Below the pieces are notes generated by a model that saw only the letters and a list, made by a program, of their open reading frames with translations, was not told where the DNA came from and searched no databases. From Rhina ancylostomus (lineage: Eukaryota): a stretch of 64,000 bases of DNA. The position numbers and the translations under genes are program-made. Numbering within the stretch: the first letter of the stretch is position 1; each line of letters starts with the position of its first letter. Positions 12,800-25,010 of the stretch are shown piece by piece. The DNA lies in assembly GCA_030265395.1 (NCBI GenBank), contig JARFYF010000050.1:4344730-4408729 (forward strand). The letters are read 5' to 3'.

Positions 12800-13530
12800 A
12801 GCAAGCCACCAGGTACCATATGCTGGCCTTCCTTGTAAGAGGACTTGAGTACAAGAGTAAAGATGTCTTATCACAGTTATATAGAGCCTTATTGAGATCA
12901 CATCTGCAATACTGTGTACTGCTCTGGTCTTCCTCCGCAGGGAAGCATATACATGAGATAGAAGGAGTGTGACAAAGGTTCACTGGATTAATTTCCAGAA
13001 TGAGGAGGTTGCCCAATAAGGATAAATTAAGTACAATGGGTTTATTTTCCTGCATTTGGAAGGATGAGCGGTGATTTCATTACATAAAAATTTCTGATGG
13101 GGCTTGATATAATAGATGTAGGTTCATTGACCTGTAATGTTAACTCAGTTTCTCCCTCCACAGATGATGACTGACTTGCTGAGAATTTCCAACACTTTAT
13201 TTTTTATTTTAGATACAGGGATGATGCTTCCCTTCACTGGGGTATCTAGAAATGAGGGCCACCATCTCAAATCAAGGGTTGGCCATTCAGAATCAAGGTG
13301 AGAAGTATTTTTTCGCCTAGAGGGTGGTGAAGTTCAGAAATTCTCTACCCAGGAGACTCGCTCGCTGGGTATATTCAAGACCGATTAGATTATGGATATG
13401 AAGGGATTCAATGGACATGGAATTAGAATTAGTGCAGAAAAGTGGTGCTGAAGTAAAAGGTTAGCTGTGATTGAGTGGTAAAGCAGGTACGAGTGGCTCT
13501 TTGGTGTGTTCCTGCATTTGTTGTGATGTC
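12800..13530 (+). mobile_element. CR1-clade LINE 3' fragment with a nested Penelope-tail insertion at about 13122-13212
   Basis: MLAFLVRGLEYKSKDVLSQLYRALLRSHLQYCVLLWS; insert tctccctccacagatgatgactgacttgctgag interrupts the LINE. Confidence 0.8.
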
Positions 13531-15134
13531 CTTTCAGTGTAGCTGTCAGCCTGCACCAGCACTCCCTCACCATCCCTCCACCTCCAGGTTGGAGCATGTA
13601 GTTTAGTCTTTCATCACCACTTCGGGTGGTTATTTCTTGGCAAGTCCTGTTCACCTCAACTGCACAACTTCGGGAACTTGCTGGAGCACAAAGCTAACGT
13701 TGCTAACTGTGCAGTTGTGCGACTTAACAGAACACTTGGTCTTACTTGAAACTTCAGAGGTTTCTCACAGCACTCTGATAGCTGGCTGCTCTTTACAGAA
13801 TGATTCACATTCTACACAGGCTTCCACTGACCTCAATGATGGCTGAAAAATACTCACTGTGTGTGTCTACCCAGTGCTTTGGTCACCACTGCTAACCACC
13901 ATCTTAAATCCTTCCTACTCTGACCACTCCAGCCTCATCTGTAACTGTAGCTTTCAGGATTCTTTCCCCAAGTCTGAGACCACTGCTTCAGTGTCCTCCG
14001 CCAAACTTCCCCTTCGTATGCACGGTGTCTCTACCATAGTGACCATGTACAGGAATTGAGATCATGATAATCCAGAAGCAGAGCAAGTGAAATTGCAAGT
14101 GTTCTGGTCACTGATGAGCCTTGGTTCTTTGAGTTATTTAGTTGGAACCCCAGGCCATTGGACTTCGTACTCCAGTGCAGCACATCCAGCTTGTGGTTTT
14201 GCGTCAACTTTTAAAACAAACCTCTGTTCTGTTGCATTGCTAGGCAATGTTTCAAGAGGTGACAGATTGAATGAGAAGTTCATTGGTCCATCACAAGGGA
14301 ATTTGTTGTTGATTTTTCAATGAACTGTATGACACATTGTACAGACTAGGATTAAAATATTAGTCATCCAGAACCATCGTCTCTGACAGCTTTAGAATTT
14401 GAATTAGCTCAGGATCTACTATTTTACTTCACTCAGTTAAGCTCGAAGATCTGTCAGACTAGAAATTCCAGTGTTAGACAGTGCTACAGTGGAGAGCCAT
14501 TGATTCTTTCGGGCATGGACCCTCTGCTGCTTTGCATTCTTCCATATTGGAAAGTGCACCACCTGAGACTGACACTATCTAGGGATTTAGTGGAATTCGA
14601 TGGGCAGAGGTGCATCAAGACCTGGGGTTGTGTCATCAAGGTAAGTAAGTGGTTGAGAGGTTTTCAGTTACGACTTCAAGAAGGGACAGGGCCTGGGGTT
14701 AGGGCCAATGGCTGGAAGCCAAAGACCAGGGCCTGAGGTTGTCAGAGAAGGTAAATGACCATTTGGGGAAGGAAGGATCAGTCTTATTGGGGCCTGAGAT
14801 TAGGAGTGACGATCACATAAGTGGTTGGATACAATTTGAAGACTGGGCTCTTCATCAGTGCCTTGCTGATCGAATGGTCTTGTCTTTGGGGCAGAGGTTT
14901 AGGGCAAGTCAGATGCAAGAATGGAAGATTTGGGGTGAGTTCAGTGATCTGCTGAGGCGGGGCCAAACAGATCAAAAGTAAGAGATTCGCAGGAGTTCCA
15001 ATGCAGTGCTGCTTTGTTAAAGCATGGTTGTCTTGGGATTGCCCAACAATGGTGGTTCCTTGGTTAGAAATTGTGTCAGGCAGAAAAGGGTGAATTATTC
15101 TGGGAAGTGGTTGGTGGAGTTTCCATAGAGACAT

Positions 15135-15555
15135 GAAATAAGAACAAAAGAAATAGAATAGGAGTAGTCCATCCAGCCCCTTGTACCTGCTGCACTACGC
15201 AGTAGCTGATCTGAATGATGGCTGATGTTTCACCTCAGCACGACTTGTTTGGATGAAACCCATATTCCTTCATTCATTTAATATCCAAAAATGTATCAGT
15301 CTCTGCCTTGAATATACTCAGCAACTGAGGTGCCACAGCACTCTTGGATCGTGAATTCCAAACGTATACAAGAATTTTTTTTCTCACTGCAAGCATCAGT
15401 CAAACAAAAAGGCTTAAAATGCATCGGGTCTGAGTCAGAGTCATCGCGCTCCAGCCTACCATGTCTGTGTTGACCTTTCTGCCCATCTACACTAATCTCA
15501 TTGTCCACATTAGGTCCGTATCCATCTATTCCTTGCTTATGTAAGTGCCTATCTG
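15135..15555 (-). mobile_element. Two CR1-clade 3' tail fragments
   Basis: ataagaacaaaagaaatagaataggagtag.ccatccagcccc tail type; second tail from about 15435 (agagtc..). Confidence 0.6.
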
Positions 15556-15799
15556 TGATTGTTTGTGACTGGGTCTGAATAGATTGCAGAGCTTCAATCT
15601 GATCAGCTGGTTGTGAAAATACTTAACCTTGCTTATTATATGCTGCCTTCACTGCTCAGCACACTCCTATCAGTCAGTACAGTTGGCAGAACTGTTGTGT
15701 CCATCTTGTGTTCCTCCAGGTACGCTCTTACACTCTTTGACAACAGCAATGGTAAAATATCCAGCTAAAAGGCTACAGATAGTGACGAAATACAGTTCT

Positions 15800-16695
15800 G
15801 TTTTTGAGGACTGGGAAAATTTCAGGCATCAGTAAAGAGGACTAAAGCAATGATAGGTAAAAGGCAGTAGAATGAGAGAGTAGGCTAGCAACAAAAAGAA
15901 CAGATTGCAAGGATTTCTAGAGATCCTATAGTTTCTGTGAAAGGAAAAGATGAACTAAGGTTAATGTCAATTACCTACAGACTGAGACATAAATTGTACT
16001 GGAGAAAAGAAAATGGCTAAGAAATTAGACAAATATTTTTAACAGAAAGATGTTGATGTTCAGAGGGCTAGTTGTTTTTGTACACTAATCGCTCAGTGTT
16101 AATATGCAGATGCAGGAAAGGAAAGCGAGCTTGTTTTTTGGCAAGACAATTTGATTATAAGAGTAGAACTGGTTCTAATAGTATAAACCCTGGTGAGATC
16201 ACATCCAGTATATTGTCTGTCCGTCCTTATTAAAGAAGGATATACTTGTGATCGAAGGATTGCAGCGAAGGTTCACCAGATTGATTTCTGGAAATGATTG
16301 CTTTGTCACAAAGAGGGATTGAGCAGACCTGGCCTTAGTGTAGAAAAATGAGGTGAAATCATTGAAACATGCAAAATTCTTATGGGGCTTGACAGGATTG
16401 ACAGATTGATGTTCTTCCTGGCCAAGATGTGTGGAGCCAGTCTCTAAAATAAGGATTGGACTTTCAGGACAGAGATGAGAAGAAATTTTTTTCACCCAGA
16501 CTGTGGTGAGTCTTTGCAACTCTGGATGCTCAGTCACTGAGTATATACAACTCAGAGATTAATAGGTTTTTGGACATTAAATGAATCGGGATATGGGTTA
16601 GTGCAGGGAAGACACACTAAGGCAAAAGACCGGCCACAATTTCATTGAAAGACTGAGCAGACATGAGGGGCTGAATGGCCTCTTCCTCCTTCTGA
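15800..16695 (+). mobile_element. CR1-clade LINE fragment(s)
   Basis: YKPW.RSH..YC, QRRFTRLI, FFTQTVVSLCNS-like segments; tail atgaggggctgaatggcctcttcct. Confidence 0.7.
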
Positions 16696-16714
16696 TGATC
16701 TCGCACCTTCCATG

Positions 16715-17605
16715 TTCTTGTCCTTGCTCTGGTTCTCCCTAAAGTCTTTCCACATCCTCCTGCACAACCCACATTGCCACCCTATTGTGTATCATCAGAA
16801 AAAGTAGATATATTCCATGTCCTATCGTTGATATAAACTATGAACAGCTGAGACCTCAACACCAATCCAAGTGACACCAGCTGAGCGCAGACTCCCAACT
16901 CAAGCATCTCCCATTTATTCTTGCTCTGTTTATCAACCAATCCTCAAACAATGCCAGTATATTACCCTATTCGCATGTGCTCTAATTCTGTTTAATAACC
17001 TCTGAACGTCCAAATGCAACATATTCATTGGTTCCCCTTTTTCTGTTAGGCTACTTCAGAATGCAGATATTTCAATCTATGTTGATGCTGTGGAGTTCTA
17101 GTGCCAGTTCCTTCATAATAGATTCTAGCATTTTCCCTACTTTTGAGGCCAGGCTAACTGCTCTGCTCCTGCATCGTTAAACAGTGAGGTTACATTTGTT
17201 ACTTTCCATTTTATGGGAACCATCTAGAGTCTGTGGAGTTTTGGAAAATGACAACCAGTGCATCCTCCATCTCCACTGCCACTTCTTTTAGACCATGGGA
17301 TGAGGTTATCAGTTCCTGGTAACCTACCAACTTTCAGTCCCATTAATTTCCGAAATGTTTTTATTTCTTTCAGCTCTTCTTCCAATTTAAACCCATTGCT
17401 CTCTGCTATTTCCAGGAAAATTTCTTTGTCTTCCATGAAGACAGACAAAATATTCCTCTGCTCTTTCCTTAGTGTTCAATCAACCCACCTTAACCTTGAG
17501 TAATCTTTTTCTTTTTACTTATGTAGAAAGGATTTTATAGTTTGTTTTTATGTTTCTCTCCATTACTCTCTTTCCTTTCCTAATCAATTACTTGAGGCTT
17601 CCCAG
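16715..17605 (-). mobile_element. CR1-clade LINE internal RT fragment
   Basis: Minus: KLMGLKVGRLPGTDNL (KSPGPD-like), W..ANVT, VSLAS..GKMLESI, gtgtatcatcagaaaa = F(S)DDT reverse complement. Confidence 0.7.
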
Positions 17606-18654
17606 CAAACTGTCACCTAGGAATTTTTTTTTTGTTGGAGTTTCATTCCAGGTAAAATCAATTTTAAATGACATAATGATGAAAAAATGAGCAGCATTAT
17701 GCTGGGCAATTTGGAGGTCATTCTTTTCTCACTACAGAGTCTGGCCCGGATCCAGTTCGTGTTAGAAACACTGATGTTGGATACACTGAAGACTTCATAC
17801 AGGGCCAATGGAAACTTTGATTATATTGGGTATTTAAATACATGACATTTATAAAATGTTTTCATCTTGGAGTTAACTTAAAACTTGCAATTACATTAGC
17901 ATACTGTTCTTTTAAACACATTGAATAAGCAAATTTAAACTGCTAAAAATACATAAGCTGGACTTTCTTTTGTTTTAAATGTTATTAGAACAGTATTGAA
18001 TGCCACCCTACCAGTCTATTTAAAGTTCCATAAATATTGTTATTTTTTTCCAAAATTCCATTGTTATGCTGCTAGTTTTGGTGTATGCTATCATGTTGAT
18101 CTGTTGTAGAATCTCACAACGGCCAACACTTGGCCTTGTAGAAGTGGCCTTGGCAGGAAGGGAAGGGACATATGCATATTACTGTACAAGCAATGCTCTT
18201 CTAGTTACTACTGAAAGTTGCCGCTCCAACAATGGCTGCCACAACCTTGGGAGAAGAAAGTGAGAATACTCCAAAAGGTTCAAAGAGACTGGACAGACTG
18301 GTGGAGGAGAACAGTAACTGCAGGAGGCAAGTTCTTTCTGCAAGGCGACCATGCAGACCTTTCAAGGCTCCAACCGAGTCTGGAGGTTGGCAGGAGGTTC
18401 CCAGGGAGGTGGTGAATGCCAGGGCTATGAGGAAGTAATATAGTAAATGCCCTTGCTCTGCCTGTTCTTTCAGTCCTGGAGAATGAAGCTTGGGTGACCT
18501 CCCCTATGCAGCAATGAACAACAAATCATTGGATCAGTGACAGCAGCCAGGAATGAACCCAAGGCTCGGAAGCATGATGGTTGGACAGGCAATGCCTCCA
18601 GGTGGAAGAGCAAGACTGTAATCGAGGTTGTGCCGAGGATTACCTTGGTGAAGC

Positions 18655-19270
18655 AACAGAATGGTTACAGCACAGAAAAAGGCTATTTAGCCCATCTGGC
18701 TGTGCCAGCTCTTTGCCAGAAAAACTCACTAATTTCAGCTGCTGATCCCTTCTCCATAGTTTTTTAATGTTTTCCCTCATGCTTTATTCGTCTAATTCCC
18801 TTGAAGACCACAGTAAAACTTGCAACTGCCACATCTGTCAGCATGACTTCCCAGCTTTTTATAGCCTATGCTTCTACTGATAAAGCCCAGAATTGTATAT
18901 GCTTTATTAACCACTCTTTCAACCTGCCCTGCCACGTTCAATGACTTTGTGCACCCAAGTCCTATGTTTTACTGCTCTTGCATTTCTTTTAGAGCAGCAT
19001 CCTTTACTCTCTATTGCCTCTCCTCATTCTTTCCACTAAAATTCATTACTTCAGTTTTCTCTGCATTAAACGTTATCTGCCCATTCCACATATAATTATC
19101 CTGTTTCTATCCTGCGGCAGTTCATCACTATCCACTTCACAGTGCACAAAGTTTGTGCCTTCTGCATATTTAGATATTGTGGCTTGTACTCTCAAGTCTA
19201 GGTTATCAATATAGAGTAATAAAAAGCAATAGCCCTAACAATGATCCCTGGGAACATCACCATTCATCTT
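18655..19270 (-). mobile_element. CR1-clade LINE 3' fragment
   Basis: Tail ggttacagcacagaaaaaggc; antisense IKPRIVYALLTTLSTC pattern shared with other CR1 copies; gatccctgggaacatcac = VPQGS reverse complement. Confidence 0.7.
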
Positions 19271-20035
19271 CCTACACATAGCCTGCATATACATTGTAGC
19301 ACAGGGAGCACCAACTATAAGCATTGGTCTCTAAACTCTGGGTGATAAAGCAGTCTGTGCCTCCTCCCATATTTTCCCCAAAGCTGCCTGTAAGAGAAAT
19401 ATTAGGTATAGACAAATTTCCAATGAAAATTGTTTTTGAGTGCTGCAAAGTCACAGAAAGTTCAAAGAAAGACTCAGTATAAAGTGAGCAGTGTATAGAG
19501 TAATTGAAGTTAGAAAACAAGAATTACAGTTTGTGCAGGCCCTTTAAATGGCACACTTTCTGGGAAAATGAAATTGGTATTAGTTGTTCTGTGATAAAGG
19601 TAACTTAATTTTTTCAGACCAGAATCATCACTTTGGTGATGAATATTGCCCATTGCATTATTGATGGCATTTTAGTGAGTTTTACACAATAAATATGTTT
19701 CTCATGCTGACAAAAATCCCACCCCAAAGTCAGGAAATTGAATTTCCTGCTGGACGCTGACACCTGGAGGTGGATGCAGTATTGCTCTGCTGTCAGTCAA
19801 ACTATTCTCCAGTGCAGAGAACATTTTTTTCCTGTAGTGAGAGGGAACTTCCAGTCCAAGTGTTTGGGGAAATGTTAATCTGCATCATATTAAGCTGTGC
19901 AGATCAATATTCTGGTCTGTGCTACCGAGTCGATCTCCAGCTGTGATTGCACTACCTCTGCCAGAATTGGCTTCAACATTCCGTGATTCAGATGTGGAGA
20001 ACCAAGCAGGGTTCTCAGCACAGTAGTGTAGCAGC

Positions 20036-20263
20036 TAGCGTAACGCTATTACAGCGCCAGCGACTCAGGTTCAATTCTGCTGCTGTCTGAAGGAGTCTGT
20101 ACGTTCTCCCCACGTCTGTGTGGGTTTCCTCCGGGTGCTCCGGTTTCCTCCCACATTCTAAAGATGTACAGGTTAGGAGCTGTGGGTATGTTGTGTTGGC
20201 GCCGGAAGCGTGGCGACACTTGCGGGCTGCACCCAGCACATTCTCAGTAATGCAAAAAGACGC
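20036..20263 (+). repeat. V-SINE (tRNA-derived head + V domain), young copy, runs into gap
   Basis: A-box-like tagtgtagcagctag, B-box ggttcaattc, V core gtacgttctcccc..gtgggtttcctccgggtgctccggtttcctcccaca; CpG-rich. Confidence 0.85.
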
Positions 20264-20416
20264 NNNNNNNNNNNNNNNNNNNNNNNNNNNNNNNNNNNNN
20301 NNNNNNNNNNNNNNNNNNNNNNNNNNNNNNNNNNNNNNNNNNNNNNNNNNNNAGGAGACTATTTTTAACAGTTAAAGGTATTGAGTGACATGACTCAAGT
20401 ATGATCCTGACTGCAC

Positions 20417-20470
20417 CCTCTCTCGCCCTCTCTCTCTCCCTCGCCCTCTCCCCCTCTCTCTCTCTCACAC
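20417..20470. repeat. Imperfect (CT)n microsatellite
   Basis: cctctctcgccctctctctctccctcgccctctccccctctctctctctc. Confidence 0.85.
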
Positions 20471-20749
20471 ATTCACTAATAGTACCCTGGTCTGTAATAG
20501 AAGGAATCAGAAAACCAAAGGAAAAGGAGGTGTCACCAGTGACGTCATTACTTGCCCTGCAGTTATTGATCTGGGAGGATAACCCTGGAGAAGACAGAAG
20601 GATTCCATGTGCAGTTTAGAGGATGTGTGAACCCACTGCTTAAATTGTCAGAATCCATTAATGCACTTGCTTCGGTTTAAAGACTAAGCACAAAGCTTTC
20701 CACCAGCCAGTGATATTAAAGCTATTTTCTTCCTTTATGTTCCCAACAG

Positions 20750-20881
20750 AAAGCCAAACTTGGACCAGCTGGTAAAAAGGTGATTGAGAAGAAACCAAGT
20801 TCACCATCAAATAATTTGGACCATGTGAATATATCAGACTTCAACTTCTTAATGGTGTTGGGCAAAGGAAGTTTTGGCAAG
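20750..20881 (+). CDS. PRKCA: PKC alpha exon (human exon 9 equivalent; hinge and glycine-rich loop)
   Basis: aacag| acceptor, AAG|gtttgt donor; 132 nt; [44 protein letters not shown]; KAKLGPAG and PSNNLD are alpha-type; GKGSFG = GxGxxG; not in ORF track. Confidence 0.96.
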
Positions 20882-21629
20882 GTTTGTAAGCATGTGGGGG
20901 GAAAATAATTTCAAAAGGGAATGATGTTGGTTTCCGTGGATATTAAGGAGAGAATTATAGCCTACGAATGAAAGAGCCAGCAGGTCCTTGAGGAAGTCAC
21001 TGCTCTTATAATATCTTGCATTTGTCACACTTAACAGATGATAAGTTCCAACATTTCACAGGAGTAACATCAGCAAAACCTTAGAATCAAGGAAGGAGGA
21101 AAGTTTTAATGAGCATCTTAAATCAGAGCGATCAGGGGAGAGTTTCAGAGTTTAGGGTCTAGCTAGTTAAAAGCACGGTCTGTGCTCTTCCTATAAAGTT
21201 AATCTTGTAGAAATATTATGTCCATTCACAGCTCACAATCTGGGTGAAAATCATTCAAATAGTAATCAGAGATAGGATATGTCAAAGGGATGGTTAGAAA
21301 GCTTAGGAGTGGAGAGGTTAAAGAAGAAAGTCAAAGGCAAAACTGAAATAAAAGCAATGCGGGAATTTCAAAAATTAGGAGATCTTCAGTAAAATTTCTT
21401 CGCACCAACTAACATTCAGATTATCAGTGCTATTTTTCTACATGCTCTGAAACTTCATAAAACTTATCAAAGAACATTTAGTTGGATTTATTAATGGTCA
21501 TAAACTTCTGATTTCAGATATTTTTGGAGTACACATATTTAGACTGGAGATTTTCTGCTGCATGAGTGTTCTCCAGATTTTTTAATCAAAGTTTCCTTTA
21601 TATATTTACTTCTCCTTTAACACGAATGA

Positions 21630-21900
21630 TCTTTCAAAATCTCAGGATGTCCCAAGTCCCTTTACAGTTAACAAAGAATTTATGGAATACAGTCACTGTT
21701 GTGGGGAATTGAGACAGAAATTTGCTTCAGTGATGTGGTTGTGAAATAAATATTGAAATGGTGCCATAGCATCTTTTTCATCCACCTGAGAGACTCTACT
21801 TGCCTCAGTTTAATGTGTCAGCCAAACAATGGCATTTCCAACAGTGCAACACTCCCTGGGTACAGCAGTGGTTTTAGCTGAAATTATGTGACCTTATGTT
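21630..21900 (-). repeat. DeuSINE-like element
   Basis: gtgccatagcatctttttcatccacctgagag..cctcagtttaatgtgtc..aacagtgcaacactccct: recognisable Deu-domain reverse complement. Confidence 0.65.
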
Positions 21901-23518
21901 GCAACATTGTACATCAATATACTCCAGACTTTTGACTTGCGGGTTATTCTGCAGTCACTGAGCTACAATGACATTGCCCAGTCCCTGCCTACTCTACAAA
22001 TCTCTGCTTTAAATATCTCAATTAGCTCATATGGCCCCTACCCCTGTGGGAGAATCAAGTTGCTGCCATTCCCCAGCGTCAGGTTCAGAATAATGTCGGG
22101 GCCTTGAGCAAACTGGAAACTGAAGATTTTCCACCTGCCACCCCCACCCCTGCACCACCACCGCTGATAGAACATGAATCCATCAAAATGTACGGAGCTA
22201 TTACATGTTTCATTTAGTGCATAAGTGGATAAGGCACATATCATACATTCCTGTTTCCTCAACCCACTCCCTCCAGACATCACTCCTGTTTGAGAGCAAG
22301 AATCCCCAACACCTGACATGACCTTTGATGTTGTTGCAGTTGCTGTACTTCGCTGTTCTGAAGTTTGTGTTCTGCAGCTTGTTGGTGTACATGGCCAGGT
22401 GGGACTTGCAGAAATAGGTTGTATTTTTCAGCAGGGGTTTCGGAGCTCAAGAGTGGAGCAAAAGGGAACAACAAGAATAAAGGGCAGTTTGCCATAAGAT
22501 ATTTTGAATGGTCCAGTACATTAAATTCTTGACTCTGGTAGTAGCTTTCCAGACTTACTTATGATAAAACCCATTTCCAGAAAATGTTTCTGAATTCTGG
22601 AACTACTTTAATATGTAAAAAAAACATTCATGTTTCGATTCAAATACAGAGAAAGGTAAAATGTAAGCTCAAGGTATGGCCCTCTGGCAGTACCAGAAAC
22701 CCCGGCAGTGATGCCACATCTCAGGAGACCTGTCAGACTTTTGTATAGAATGAAGGAATATACTGTCTACTTCTGTTAGGTGTTTATGCAGTTTGGATGA
22801 AATTGGCATGGTTCATGGAACAACAGATTGGTAAAAGTTACCCTGCAGTTTCTAGCTAGTTACTTTGAATACTTAAAATGAGGGACCAAAGGAAGAAAAG
22901 ATGGTATTGAGTCTTTCACTAAGTATTTTTAATGGAAGGGTCGTGTATTGGCTGCCTTTGTTTATCTTATGACTGGATGCCCTAACATCCCATGACAAAT
23001 GTTCTCAAGACTTGTTCCTTAATCTTCCTATTTCCATGATATGAGCTGATTATAATGTGTGTAGGTCATGAATATATGTAATGGAGTGATGAAATTTTTT
23101 CCCATGAATGGACACTAGCACAGATGCCTAAGATTATAATAGGCTCAGTAATAGCTCAGAGGAATTGTCATCTGGTTGAAGCTCGAGTGTTGATGGTACC
23201 AGCAAGGACATTGGTACCTTCTTGAACAATTCCTATTTGGCACCTGGAAAATATTGAGACAGGGACAATGCAAATGCACTTTTCATTATACGTGCACTTG
23301 ACCTGGAAGCATAAATATACTGGGTGCCAGAAACATAAACTACTTTTGCGCAAAATGACATTCCCCACCTTTAGCAAAATCAAGAGTTTAGCCAAGTGAA
23401 AACATTAAAGTTTGCAATATTATTTTGAAATAGAACAATAAATAAAAAAATGATTTTAAGTTTTTGTTGGCAATTTCTTTTTGCAAATCTGTAACCTATT
23501 TCAGTGGCCTTTGTATGA

Positions 23519-23743
<225 letters not shown>

Positions 23744-24629
23744 TAGTTGTGGAAAGTTAACATCACAAAAAGAGGTCACCGAGGACTTGTTGCTTAATCA
23801 CTTCATGCCTATATCTAAAATTTAAAAAAATATTGCAATAGTTCCAGCTTCGAATAAGTTTTTTTTAATGGATGATGGTCTTTTTGACTTGTACTATTGT
23901 ATGAGTTAATATTGTTTCAGGTATGGCCTGAGGAAGGCATGAGGATGTTTTTCAGTTTTCTTAATCTCCTTGTGCACATTTCTTTATGGCATTCTGGCTC
24001 TGAGTTTCCCTTTTTAGACTTATGAACATTTGCTCACATGTAAAGCAATGGTGATAATAGGTATGGTGCGGTGTCCAGATGTTTTTGCCAATTGATTCAT
24101 GGTTCCTGCAGCTCCTAGTCATTATTTCACTGAGTCATTCAGATAGTTTCTTCACACCTAATACAACTGATTTTGTTGTTAGAAATGAGGCCGAAAGCAA
24201 CAATTCAGGCAAGTCTCAACAGGAACAGATTTTATAGCTATAGGATGAGTCCATATCAGAAAATAGGCTTTAAAGTAGGTCACTGGAAGTGAGTAAAAAC
24301 TATTTGGTGTTTTATTTTACGGACGATCTATAGATCAGTCATCAGTGATGTGGCACAACATGCTGATATTTTTAAATTCCTGACGTGCTTCCATTCACAC
24401 CAGTAAAACTAAAATGATCGGCAGATCCTTTTGATTCCTTCAGTCTCACATGCTTATCTGGCTTCCCCTTAAATAGGTCTCTGCTTTATAACCAATGTTT
24501 CCACTTGTCAATATTTCTTCCTTGATTTATTGGTGAATGCTTTGTATTTATTATTTTAATATTTCACTCAAGTGGAAACAGCACTGTTACAGCTGTGTTT
24601 TCAAAGCCTTTTGTAATTTTAAAGATTCC

Positions 24630-25010
24630 TAGAAACTGCCAAGCAGACTGTGGAAAGGATTCAGTGATGTGCTCAGAACTTCCTTGAATGTTGTTATCAG
24701 TCCCACCGACTCCTGGGAATCCCTTGTCTATGACCATTCAAAGTGGAGAAGCAGCATTCAGGATGGCACAGCTGTGAGAACAAGTTCCTGCATCAGGCAT
24801 ACACAGAGCTCAATATAAGCAGCAGAAGTGCCTCATTTCACAAACCATGTAAAAGTCTGTCTCAGCACACTCCTCCTGGCCCATCTGTCAGTTGATGACC
24901 CTCCCTATAGTGTCTGCAGATCCCAGATTCTCCTAATTGACCATCTCAGATCCCACAGAATCAGATGAAGTCACCCTTGATTCAAAGGGACTACTAAAGA
25001 AGATGATTTG
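24630..25010 (+). mobile_element. RTE-clade LINE 3' end
   Basis: Reads ..(R)FSDVLRTSL..PTDSWESLVYDHSKWRSSIQDG; ends aagtcacccttgattcaaagggactactaaagaagatgat; reverse tail copy at about 62140-62220. Confidence 0.7.

Noticed and set aside
18090-18650. Overlapping short ORFs in a purine-rich stretch (similarly 14500-15130)
   Set aside because: Probably old LINE interior; no motif I could support, left unannotated
20036-20110. tRNA gene
   Set aside because: A/B boxes belong to a SINE head continuing into the V domain; no full cloverleaf seen
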